Origin: Gemmatimonadaceae bacterium
Lineage (GTDB): Bacteria > Gemmatimonadota > Gemmatimonadetes > Gemmatimonadales > Gemmatimonadaceae
Reading direction: 5' to 3'
DNA length: 36,683 bases
Assembly: GCA_040901985.1 (NCBI GenBank)
Contig: JBBDYC010000019.1
Location: 3,214-39,896, forward strand
A program made the position numbers and the translations under genes. Shown here in pieces: positions 28,042-36,624 of the stretch. The notes under the pieces were generated by a model. That model saw only the letters and a program-made list of their open reading frames with translations. It did not search any database and was not told where the DNA came from. Within the stretch, counting starts at the first letter, position 1. The number at the start of each line of letters is the position of its first letter.

Positions 28042-28125
28042 ATCAGTGTATAGGCTGTGTCATAGCAAGGCAATATCAGCTTATAGACTTACAATATCTG
28101 ATGTAGTAACATATCAAAAGCTGAT
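28042..28125. promoter_or_regulatory. Three phased imperfect palindromes (ATCAG-NN-TATA-NN-CTGAT), candidate autoregulatory operators
   Basis: Sites start at 28042, 28075 and 28108 (33-bp period) in an AT-rich stretch upstream of mobile mystery A. Confidence 0.5.
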
Positions 28126-28241
28126 AAAACTGCATAAGTTGTTGTGGTGTAATCACTTAGAATATTGAATCGGGTTACGCTTAGGGCACTCAGGAAAGGC
28201 GTCAAGCCGGATTGCGACCGGATGGCCCTCGGCAGCTGTCG

Positions 28242-28403
28242 CTCACGGTGGTGGCCGCCACGGTCCTGGCGGTCGAGAGCCTCGTGTTCGTCGGGGTGCA
28301 CATCAAGTACCAGGAGATCACGCCCATCATCCTGAGCGGCGTGCTGGGCGTCCTGATGGCGTTCATCGCGTACGGCCGGATGGTCCTGAAGCCGATCTCC
28401 TGA
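28242..28403 (+). pseudogene. 3' fragment of a DoxX-like membrane protein gene
   Basis: LTVVAATVLAVESLVFVGVHIKYQEITPIILSGVLGVLMAFIAYGRMVLKPIS* in high-GC codons. No credible start; abuts the AT-rich islet. Confidence 0.6.
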
Positions 28404-28469
28404 ATTGAGGAGGCATGGTGTCAATGGATGGACTACTATCCGAAGCAGCCACACACTCCGGAGGCCCAC

Positions 28470-28829
28470 GTGATACCAGTCGCCCTCGGCCCCGACGCAT
28501 CTCTCGCCGACGTGCTGCGGGCTCGCGCCCGAGCCGCTGCGCCCAGCCGCCTTGCCTTGGACATCCTCGGCGGCGCCGCAATCGCCGCCGCGATGCTCTG
28601 GGCGAAACCGATCGGGTGGGTCATCTGGCTGAGCGCCTCGCTCTGCTTCTGCACGTACGGCACCTGGGCGCTCGCCGAGCGGCACCTTGCCGCCGAGCCG
28701 CAACCGACGGCGGGCGCCGAGTTCCGCTGGCACGCGTTGCGGGACGCGGCGGCGCTCGTTGGCATCTCGGCGTTTCTGGCGCTCCTGTTCTCGCTCCTGG
28801 GCACCGGCCTCGGCAGGTGGATCAGCTGA
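28470..28829 (+). CDS. Small membrane protein of unknown function
   Basis: GGAGG, 5 nt, GTG at 28470 (alternative ATG 28428). Three hydrophobic segments; ends GLGRWIS*. Confidence 0.7.
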   Translation: MIPVALGPDASLADVLRARARAAAPSRLALDILGGAAIAAAMLWAKPIGWVIWLSASLCFCTYGTWALAERHLAAEPQPTAGAEFRWHALRDAAALVGISAFLALLFSLLGTGLGRWIS

Positions 28830-28831
28830 CG
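28804..28831 (+). repeat. 28-bp direct repeat, left copy (CCGGCCTCGGCAGGTGGATCAGCTGACG)
   Basis: Identical to 31966-31993; contains the last codons and stop of the upstream gene. Confidence 0.95.
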
Positions 28832-29001
28832 ATTGCTGCGTTGGCGCGTCTGCGCTGACCCCGGATGAGCGGCTCAAGCAGCATCGGGACGGCGACAATA
28901 CGTCACGCATCGTTCGAAGGCACGACTGGAGTCAGAGGGTCGATGCCACAGGCAAGATCGTCGCCGACGTCGTGAGCGCGGACCTGCTTGCCGCCTGCAG
29001 T

Positions 29002-31950
29002 ATGGAGCCGTACGTTAGGTCGCCCCCCAGCGGATCAGTCACCGTGGCATCCGAAACCCCTCGTTCACCGGAACAATCGGCGACGGGAGCATCGCCCCAC
29101 CAGCCTCCCACCGCCCCAACCGGCGACGGCAGCGCGGGGGCGGACCTGCTCGAGCAGCGATTGCGGGCGACGCTCGCGCCGAACCTGCAGCTCGTGCGTC
29201 GAATCGGCTCGGGCGGGATGGCACAGGTGTTCCTGGCGCGGGAGCCGGCGCTCAAGCGACTCGTTGCGGTGAAGGTGCTCTCGGGCGACCTCGCGTCGTC
29301 CGCCGATGCCCGCGCGCGCTTCGAGCGGGAGGCGCAGGCGGTGGCCGCGCTCTCGCATCCCAACATCGTCTCCATCCACACGGTGGGCGAGCTCGACGAC
29401 GGCTCGCCCTACTTCGTGATGCAGTACGTGGAAGGGCGCAGCATGCACGCGCGCGTCGAGCAGGATGGCCCCCTGACCGTGCCCGAGGCCCGTCGCGCGC
29501 TGGGCGAAGTGGCCGCCGCCCTGGCCGCCGCGCACCAACAGGGCATCGTCCACCGCGACATCAAGCCGGCGAACATCCTGTACGAGGAAGCCACCGGCCG
29601 GTCGCTCGTGTCGGACTTCGGCATCGCGGCGATGAACTCGCCTCCGGGCGGCAAGCGCATGTCAATCCAGCTCACCGCCACGGGGATCCTGCTGGGCACT
29701 CCACAGTATATGAGCCCCGAGCAGCTTCTCGCCGAGCCGGTGGGCGAGAAGACGGACGTCTACAGCCTCGGGCTGCTCGCGCACGAGCTGCTGGTGGGCG
29801 CCAGCCCCTTCCCGGCGACGTCACCGCACGAGCTGATCGCCGCGCACCTGCGCGACACACCGCAACCGCTCTCGACGCTGCGCCCCGACGTGGACGCCGA
29901 GCTCGACGAGCTGGTCGCGCGTTGCCTGGAAAAGAATCCGCTCAAGCGTCCCTCGGCGAGCGATGTCGCGCGCCGGCTGGGCGGGGTGACGCTGCTCGAG
30001 TGGCCGGCCCCCGGCCTCGAGGAGTTGCAGGGGAGGCTGCGTCACGTGGCGATGGGGTTCCTGTTCGGGAGCGGCCTCGCGTCGGCCGCCATGCTCGCGG
30101 TGTTCACCGCGGGGCCGCGTATGAACGCGCTTGTGAGCTCGCCGGCCAGCTTTGCGCTGATCGTGCTGGCGATCGCGGGAATGCTCTACCTTGGCGTCGG
30201 CGTGCACCGCGCGGTGAAGACCGGCGACCTGGCGCGGCGCGCATTGCGCGGCGGCTACGGGTGGATGACCGTGGCGGAGACGCTGAGCGATGCGCGCGGC
30301 GACACGGGGCAGATCGTGACGGGCTCGCGCGAGTACGCGGGTCTCACGACCGAGGCGCGGAACCGCTTTCGGCGCCATCGCGTGATCCGCGAAGCGTCAC
30401 TCCTCGCTGCGGGCGCGCTGGCGTTGCCGCTGCTGGTCGCGGTGATCGTATCCGGATCGGCGGGAGTGGTGGGCGCGTCTGCGCTGTGGATTGCGGCCGC
30501 GATTCCGCTCGCGCTGCTGGCGGTGGCCGCCTGGCTCGGCCTCGCGGAGCAGCGCGCGTTCGGGAAGCGTCGCCGGCGGAGCAGGGCGGCGCCGGCGGAC
30601 GTGACCCGGCTCGCGCCAGTATGGAACGAGAGCTTCGACGCTGCGCTCGGGGATTCCGGCATCGAGCGCGGCGCGCCGGCCGCGCCGAGATTCCTGCGCT
30701 GGTCAATGCCACTCGTGCTGGCGGCGCTGATCGTCGGCACCGTGCTGCTCGTGCCGATCCTGGTGATGAGCGCCGCGGGGCCGATGTTCTGGACGGTAAT
30801 GGTACCGAACTTCGCGAACGTGGAGAGCAAGATGGAGATCGCGGAGGTGACGCGTCGCTTCGCGCTGCCCGACGATCCGCGGGTGACGCCACTTGCGGCA
30901 GGGCAGGCCTTTCACTCCCTGATGATGTCCGTTGGCGATCGCGTCCAGACCTTGTTTCCGGAGCGCGAGCCCGCGGTGAAGCTGCCGCCGATTGATTTCA
31001 ACGCGCCCCTCCCGGCGGGGCTCTTCCGGACGGCGGGCAACGTGCAGGTGCCCGGGCTGCCCGCGTCGCAGGAGATCGTGGACGCAGCGCGGCGGGGATT
31101 CAGTGCGGCGGAGATGGCGTACCTCGAGCGCATTGCCCGGATGCCGCACTGGGCGCAGTGGGGGGTGATGGCGCGCGCGCGCACCATTGACTATCTGGAC
31201 GCGCGATACCAGCTGCCGTTCCCGGCGGATGCGGACGCTGTATGGAACTTCCCGATTCCGAGATTCGCCGGGACCAAGCTGCTGGCGTACGCAAACTCGT
31301 CGCGCGCGGCATACTGGCTCGCGCGCGGGCGCCCCGACTCGGCGGAGTACGCGCTGCGCGAGGGGGTGTCGGTGGGGCTGCTGCTGGCGGACGAGGGCAA
31401 TACGCTGATCGAGCAGCTCATCGGGATCGTGCTGACCGGAATCGCTCGCGACGCGCTGATCGACCTGTACGCGGCCACGGGCGACCCGCGCGGACCGGCG
31501 CTCCGGAAGTCGGTGGACTCGGTGATCGCGGCGCAGGAAGCCACGTCGGGCGCGCTAGGCACCACCGCATTCGCCGGCGCCGATGGGCGTGACGTGGTCG
31601 CGCTGCGCTCGGCGATGATCACGCTGGCCGCCGACCGAGACGCGATGCGCGGCCTGCGGTTCGAGATGCTGTTGATGCTGAGCGTGGCGCGGTGCACGAA
31701 CGCGCGCGAGCTGGTGTTCGGCCCGGAAGCGGATGTGCGCGCGGTGTTCGACCGCGCCAAACGGACGTTGGCGCGCTTCCCCTCGGACACGGCACTGATT
31801 GATCTGTTGTACGAGTCGCCGGAGCGGGTGAGGGTGCTCGACTGGGGCCGCGCGCCGCGGCTGGCCCCGTTGATTGATGCCGCGAGTGTTGCGTTGCGCA
31901 ATCCGCGGCTCGCCGGATGCTCGCGCATACTGCTCCAGATGGATGGCTGA
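29002..31950 (+). CDS. Hanks-type Ser/Thr protein kinase with several TM helices and a large C-terminal domain
   Basis: IGSGGMAQV, VAVKVL, HRDIKPANIL, SDFGIA, GTPQYMSPEQ, DVYSLG. Start uncertain (ATG 29002 or GTG 29044). Confidence 0.92.
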   Translation: MEPYVRSPPSGSVTVASETPRSPEQSATGASPHQPPTAPTGDGSAGADLLEQRLRATLAPNLQLVRRIGSGGMAQVFLAREPALKRLVAVKVLSGDLASSADARARFEREAQAVAALSHPNIVSIHTVGELDDGSPYFVMQYVEGRSMHARVEQDGPLTVPEARRALGEVAAALAAAHQQGIVHRDIKPANILYEEATGRSLVSDFGIAAMNSPPGGKRMSIQLTATGILLGTPQYMSPEQLLAEPVGEKTDVYSLGLLAHELLVGASPFPATSPHELIAAHLRDTPQPLSTLRPDVDAELDELVARCLEKNPLKRPSASDVARRLGGVTLLEWPAPGLEELQGRLRHVAMGFLFGSGLASAAMLAVFTAGPRMNALVSSPASFALIVLAIAGMLYLGVGVHRAVKTGDLARRALRGGYGWMTVAETLSDARGDTGQIVTGSREYAGLTTEARNRFRRHRVIREASLLAAGALALPLLVAVIVSGSAGVVGASALWIAAAIPLALLAVAAWLGLAEQRAFGKRRRRSRAAPADVTRLAPVWNESFDAALGDSGIERGAPAAPRFLRWSMPLVLAALIVGTVLLVPILVMSAAGPMFWTVMVPNFANVESKMEIAEVTRRFALPDDPRVTPLAAGQAFHSLMMSVGDRVQTLFPEREPAVKLPPIDFNAPLPAGLFRTAGNVQVPGLPASQEIVDAARRGFSAAEMAYLERIARMPHWAQWGVMARARTIDYLDARYQLPFPADADAVWNFPIPRFAGTKLLAYANSSRAAYWLARGRPDSAEYALREGVSVGLLLADEGNTLIEQLIGIVLTGIARDALIDLYAATGDPRGPALRKSVDSVIAAQEATSGALGTTAFAGADGRDVVALRSAMITLAADRDAMRGLRFEMLLMLSVARCTNARELVFGPEADVRAVFDRAKRTLARFPSDTALIDLLYESPERVRVLDWGRAPRLAPLIDAASVALRNPRLAGCSRILLQMDG

Positions 31951-31965
31951 TCGCATTGTGTAAGC

Positions 31966-31993
31966 CCGGCCTCGGCAGGTGGATCAGCTGACG
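31966..31993 (+). repeat. 28-bp direct repeat, right copy
   Basis: Identical to 28804-28831. Confidence 0.95.
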
Positions 31994-32139
31994 TGATCAC
32001 CGGGCGGTGGGGCAGGCCCGCCGAGGTCCTGCTCGACATCGTCGTCCATCCGGACGGCGCGGTCTCCGGGATCGTGAATCCCGGCCGGCAGGACGCACCA
32101 CCTCTCCTACGAGATAGGGGACGATCGCGGCTCCATTAA
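31993..32139 (+). pseudogene. Probable detached N-terminus of the downstream GNAT gene
   Basis: GTG 31993 gives MITGRWGRPAEVLLDIVVHPDGAVSGIVNPGRQDAP. The GNAT frame reads LSYEIGDDRGSIKLVRVEEY from 32102, implying a frameshift or deletion near 32100. Confidence 0.45.
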
Positions 32140-32149
32140 ACTCGTCCGC

Positions 32150-32776
32150 GTGGAGGAGTACCGGGCGCCCCGTCTCACGGTGGCCGACCGTATCAAGGCG
32201 CGGCTTGACGACATCAGGCGTTACCTTGACACCCGATCTCGCCCCAAGGCCGCCGCGAACGCGCGACGACTTCGCGACCGGGGTGAGTCGCTGGAGTCCA
32301 TCACGGTCCGCGACGCAGTCGCGGCTGACATCCCGGCGTTGGCGGAGCTGCACGTCACGACCTGGAACGCCACCTATCGCACGTCCCGAGGGCCGAGCGT
32401 CGCGACCCGCAGCTACCAATGGACGGAAGTGTTCGGCAAGGCGCCGCGCGCCGACTTCGTCGTGGTGCTGGAGGACCGCACCGGGCGGTTGATCGGGTTC
32501 GCTGCGGGCAAGCCCTACCCGGGCGAGTTCGCCGGTCAGCTGAGCAAGATCTATCTGCGGTGGGAATATCACGGCCTTGGCCTCGGCCGAGTCCTGATGC
32601 GAGAGTCGGCCCGTCGGTTTCTCGACAGGGGAATCGCGTCGTTCATCCTGTTCGCCGAACGCAGCAATCCGACAATCGGTTTTTATGATCGTCTGGGCGG
32701 TGAGCGGCTCCTTGATGAGCGCGGCCTGTTCACGGGGGCCTACGGCTGGCGCGATCTGCGGAGGTTGATCAAGTAG
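32150..32776 (+). CDS. GNAT family N-acetyltransferase
   Basis: ITVRDAVAADIPALAELHVTTWNATY, LSKIYLRWEYHGLGLGRVL, NPTIGFYDRLGG. Confidence 0.87.
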   Translation: MEEYRAPRLTVADRIKARLDDIRRYLDTRSRPKAAANARRLRDRGESLESITVRDAVAADIPALAELHVTTWNATYRTSRGPSVATRSYQWTEVFGKAPRADFVVVLEDRTGRLIGFAAGKPYPGEFAGQLSKIYLRWEYHGLGLGRVLMRESARRFLDRGIASFILFAERSNPTIGFYDRLGGERLLDERGLFTGAYGWRDLRRLIK

Positions 32777-32848
32777 GCCGCCGGTGGCGCGCCCCGGTAC
32801 GGCGCTGCATACTGGACGCCACCAAACAGCCGATACCCGGAGCCCCGA

Positions 32849-33679
32849 ATGCAGACCAGTCTCCCCGCCGAAGTCCAACAGTCCGTGTCGGACGTCGGCG
32901 GTTGGCTCGCCGCGAACCAATCCCGTCTCCTGACCGCCGTCGCGCTCCTCGGGCTCGGCGTGGTGCTGGCCGTGCTGCTGCGGCTGCTCACGGTGCGCGT
33001 CGTCGGCGCCATCGAGCGGGCGATCCCGGGGCGCGCGTTCCGCGCGACGATCCCCGGGATGACGCGCGAGCGCCCGGTCGCCGACATCGTGGGCAGCGTC
33101 GTCTCCTGGGCCGTGCTCCTGTTCTTCCTGGCAACCGCCGCGGACGCGATGGGCATCCCGTTGATGAGTTCCGTGGTCGGCAGGGTCTCGGAGTTCGTCC
33201 CCCGCGTGTTCGCAGCGGTGCTCATCATTGTGATCGGTCTCGTGGTCGGCAACCTGGCGCGAGGCGCCGTTGCCGCCACGGCGGTCGGCGCCGGCAGCTC
33301 GCTCGGGCCGGGAGTCGGCCAGCTGGTGCGCGTCGCCGTCATCGTCTCCGCCGTCCTCATTGCCGTGGCCGAGCTGGGCGTGAACGCGGGGATCCTCACC
33401 GCCTTCTTCTCCGTGGCCCTCGCCGCCCTGCTCGGCGGCTTCGCCCTCGCGTTCGGGCTGGGGGCGCGCACCGCGATCAGCAACATCATCGGCTCGCACT
33501 ACCTGCGGAAGTCGTTCGAGGTGGGCCAGTCGGTGCGGATCGGTGACGTGGAAGGGACGATCGCCGACATCTCGGCCACGGCAGTGTTCGTCGAGGTACC
33601 CGATGGCCGGATGAGCATCCCGGCCAGCCAGTTTGTCGAGATGCGCGTCACGCTGCTGAGCAAGCGGGACGCGCCGTGA
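32849..33679 (+). CDS. MscS-related small mechanosensitive channel (TM-helix repeat protein)
   Basis: FVPRVFAAVLIIVIG, FALAFGLGARTAISNIIG, VGQSVRIGDVEGTI. Ends after the beta domain. Confidence 0.82.
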   Translation: MQTSLPAEVQQSVSDVGGWLAANQSRLLTAVALLGLGVVLAVLLRLLTVRVVGAIERAIPGRAFRATIPGMTRERPVADIVGSVVSWAVLLFFLATAADAMGIPLMSSVVGRVSEFVPRVFAAVLIIVIGLVVGNLARGAVAATAVGAGSSLGPGVGQLVRVAVIVSAVLIAVAELGVNAGILTAFFSVALAALLGGFALAFGLGARTAISNIIGSHYLRKSFEVGQSVRIGDVEGTIADISATAVFVEVPDGRMSIPASQFVEMRVTLLSKRDAP

Positions 33680-34638
33680 TCGCGGAGGCCCTCATTGCGC
33701 GCGGGTTTATGGAAGCGCAGCCGGAGCGTGCCGCAATGACGCTGGAGCAGCTCCCGGTGGCGCAGGCCGCGGTGGTGTTGCGCGCGGTGCCCGCACCGAT
33801 CGCCGCGACGGTGCTGCGCGGGATGAACGTGCCGTACGCGGCCCACTGTCTGGCACATCTGGTGTCCACCGGAGCCGTCGCCGTGGGGGCGGCGGCCGTC
33901 GCCGAGCTGAGCCGTGACGACGCGTCGGGCATCCTCCGCGCGATGGAGCCGACGCAACGGGAATTGCTGCTCGCCGAGCTCCCTGAGCGCACACGCGACC
34001 CGCTCGCGCGCGCGCTGCCATTCGCGCCCGGAACCGCGGGCGCGGTGATGGACCCCGGCATCTTCCGGCTTCCGGATGACGTCCTGGTGGTTGATGCGCG
34101 AGCACGACTGGCGCGCGAAGCGAAGGGCCTGCTCTACTACGTGTACATCGAGGACCGGCAGCACCGACTCGTCGGCGTGCTCGACATCCCGGAGCTGATG
34201 CTGGCGCGCCCGCGCGACCCGGTGAGCGTCGCGATGCACGGCAACGTGGATCGGATCAACGTGCTCGCCCCGGTGGCGCTGGTCCGCGAGCACCCCGGCT
34301 GGCAGAGCTACCACGCGCTCCCGGTGGTGGACGACGACGATCACCTGCTGGGCGCGATCCGGTATCAGACCCTGCGGCGGCTCGAGCGCGAGGCGACGGG
34401 ACGCAACCCGGAGCCGGGGCAGCTCACCGCGGGCGCCCTGGCCGAACTGTTCGGCCTCGGCACGAGCGGACTCGTGGCCGGCATCGCGGCGACCACCGGC
34501 GTGGGGCTCGCACTCGACCGTGTGGTGACGGCGGCACCGGAGGCCGCGGCGAGACTGCCGGAATCGGGGGAATCGGCGGCTTCGGCGGCGCCTGGCGCCC
34601 CCCTGACCCCGGACCGCGAGCGAACCGGTGCGGACTGA
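33676..34638 (+). CDS. MgtE N-terminal + CBS-pair protein lacking the MgtE membrane domain
   Basis: GTAGAVMDP, YYVYIEDRQHRLVGVL, ALPVVDDDDHLLGAI. GTGA overlap with the upstream gene. Confidence 0.8.
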   Translation: MIAEALIARGFMEAQPERAAMTLEQLPVAQAAVVLRAVPAPIAATVLRGMNVPYAAHCLAHLVSTGAVAVGAAAVAELSRDDASGILRAMEPTQRELLLAELPERTRDPLARALPFAPGTAGAVMDPGIFRLPDDVLVVDARARLAREAKGLLYYVYIEDRQHRLVGVLDIPELMLARPRDPVSVAMHGNVDRINVLAPVALVREHPGWQSYHALPVVDDDDHLLGAIRYQTLRRLEREATGRNPEPGQLTAGALAELFGLGTSGLVAGIAATTGVGLALDRVVTAAPEAAARLPESGESAASAAPGAPLTPDRERTGAD

Positions 34639-35932
34639 GCCGACCGCGGGTTTCGCCAAGCTTGCCCGCACGTTCCTGCGTGAGTTCCCTGACGAGGCCA
34701 CACGCCGGCTCGATGATCTCCCGCTGCGCGAGATCGTGCGCCTGGTCGTCGCCGAGCCGGTGCGGCACGCCGTGCCTCTCCTGGAGAGAATCGCGCCGAA
34801 CGTCGCCGCGGCGGTGCTGGAGGAGATGTCCGCCGACTCCCAGCGCGACGTGGTGACCGCGATGGAGCCGATGCGGGTGGTCGCGATCCTCGGCTGGCTC
34901 GATGACGCCCCCCGTGAGGCGCTCCTCAAGCTCCTCGAGCCAGGCCTCGCGCAGGAGCTTCGGATGATGGCGGAGTTCCCGCCGGAGACGGCGGGCCGAC
35001 TGATGGACCCGCGCGCCACGGGATTCAGGTCCGGCACGACGGTGCAGCAGGCCCTCACGCGGCTGCGCGCCGCGCGCATTCGCGGGATCGCGGACGTGTT
35101 CCTCACCGACGACGAGTGGCGCGTGACCGGCACGGTGTCGCTGCAGCAGTTGGCGCTGGCGGCGCCGCACGAGCTCGCGGAGACGCTCGCGCAACCGGCG
35201 GTGGTGGTGGAGGCCATCGCCCCGCAGGAGGAGGCGGTCGAGCTCTTCACGCGGGGGCGGCTTGCGAGCCTGCCGGTTGTGGACTTCGAGGGGCGGCTGC
35301 TCGGCGTGATCAGGCACGACACGCTGGCCAAGACCGCGCGGGAGGACGCCGCTGCCGATATGCTGTCAATGGTCGGCGCCAGCCGTCAGGAACGTGCCCT
35401 CTCGCCGGTGTCGTTCGCGGTGCGGAAGCGGCTGCCGTGGCTCCAGATCAACCTTGCCACCGCGTTCCTCGCCGCCTCGGTGGTCGGGGTCTTCGAAGGG
35501 ACCATCGCGCGCTTCACGGCGCTCGCCGTGCTGCTGCCGGTGGTCGCGGGCCAATCGGGGAACACCGGCGCGCAGGCCCTCGCGGTGACGATGCGCGCCC
35601 TGGCGATGCGCGAGATCCGGATCGGTCAGTGGCTGCAGGTGGTGCGCAAGGAGGCGGGCGTCGCGCTGCTGAACGGGGTCGCGGTGGCGCTCACCACGAG
35701 TCTCGGCGTGCTCGTCTGGAGCCGGTCCACCGGACTCGCGCTTGTGATCGGGTCCTCGATGGTACTCTCGATGCTCGCCGCCGGCATCGCCGGCGTGCTG
35801 GTGCCGGTCGCGCTCACGAAGCTCGGGCAGGATCCCGCGCAGTCGTCCTCGATCATCCTCACGACGGTCACCGACGTGGTGGGGTTCGCGAGTTTCCTCG
35901 GGATCGCGACGCTGCTCGCGGGGATGCTCTAG
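34628..35932 (+). CDS. mgtE: Magnesium transporter MgtE
   Basis: ETAGRLM, CBS pair, RLPWLQINL, PVVAGQSGNTGAQ, DPAQSS, TTVTDVVG with the conserved Asp. Confidence 0.92.
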   Translation: MRTEPTAGFAKLARTFLREFPDEATRRLDDLPLREIVRLVVAEPVRHAVPLLERIAPNVAAAVLEEMSADSQRDVVTAMEPMRVVAILGWLDDAPREALLKLLEPGLAQELRMMAEFPPETAGRLMDPRATGFRSGTTVQQALTRLRAARIRGIADVFLTDDEWRVTGTVSLQQLALAAPHELAETLAQPAVVVEAIAPQEEAVELFTRGRLASLPVVDFEGRLLGVIRHDTLAKTAREDAAADMLSMVGASRQERALSPVSFAVRKRLPWLQINLATAFLAASVVGVFEGTIARFTALAVLLPVVAGQSGNTGAQALAVTMRALAMREIRIGQWLQVVRKEAGVALLNGVAVALTTSLGVLVWSRSTGLALVIGSSMVLSMLAAGIAGVLVPVALTKLGQDPAQSSSIILTTVTDVVGFASFLGIATLLAGML

Positions 35933-36624
35933 GGGCCTGGATCAGGTGCCGGCGGGATCTCGATGAGGACCTCGTCCAGCGGCCGGCGGCCGATCGCCGG
36001 GACGGTCGCCCCCTCGGCGGGATAGCCGACCGGGATGACCACGTACGCCCGTTCGTTCGCCGGCCGGCCGAGGATCTCGGCCAGAAAGCCCATCGGGCTC
36101 GGCGTGTGGGTCAGCGTCGCGAGGCCGGCGTGCGCGAGCGCGGCGAGGAGCACGCCGACCGCAATGCCGACCGACTCCCGCACGTAGTAGTGCTTCACCT
36201 TGCGCGAGTGTCCGCCCTCGTCGCGGCGACCGTACGGCTGCTCGAAGACGACGATCAGCCACGGCGCATCGGTCAGGTGCGGCTTGCGCCAATCGGTGCC
36301 GAGCGGGCGCAGCGCCTCGATCCACTCGTCGGACATCCGGTGTTCGTAACTCTCGCGCTCCTCGGCCTCGGCGGCGTCACGGATGCGCGCGCGGAGCTCC
36401 GGCGCATCCCCGATCAACACGAAGGTCCACGGCTGCTGGTTCGCCCCGCTCGGGGCGAGCGCGGCGGCGCGGATTGCGTCCACCACGAGTTGGCGTGGCA
36501 CCGGGGTCGTGGCGAAGTCACGGATCGAGCGCCGTCGGCCCATCACCTCAAGGAATCGGGTGGCTGCCTCGGCGCGCGCGCCATCGGACATCGGGACGGC
36601 GCGGTAGGGAAGTTGTGGATACAT
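35929..36624 (-). CDS. Nitroreductase family protein, iodotyrosine deiodinase-like
   Basis: RRSIRDF, APSGANQQPW, AEEERESY-like AEAEERESY, LGTDWRKPHL, ESVGIA, TLTHTPSPM. Stop overlaps the mgtE stop (CTAG). Confidence 0.88.
   Translation of the reverse strand: MYPQLPYRAVPMSDGARAEAATRFLEVMGRRRSIRDFATTPVPRQLVVDAIRAAALAPSGANQQPWTFVLIGDAPELRARIRDAAEAEERESYEHRMSDEWIEALRPLGTDWRKPHLTDAPWLIVVFEQPYGRRDEGGHSRKVKHYYVRESVGIAVGVLLAALAHAGLATLTHTPSPMGFLAEILGRPANERAYVVIPVGYPAEGATVPAIGRRPLDEVLIEIPPAPDPGP

Noticed and set aside
28224..28241. GGCCCTCGGCAGCTGTCG as a third, internally deleted copy of the 28-bp repeat
   Set aside because: Needs a 9-nt gap plus mismatches in GC-rich DNA; cannot be separated from chance.
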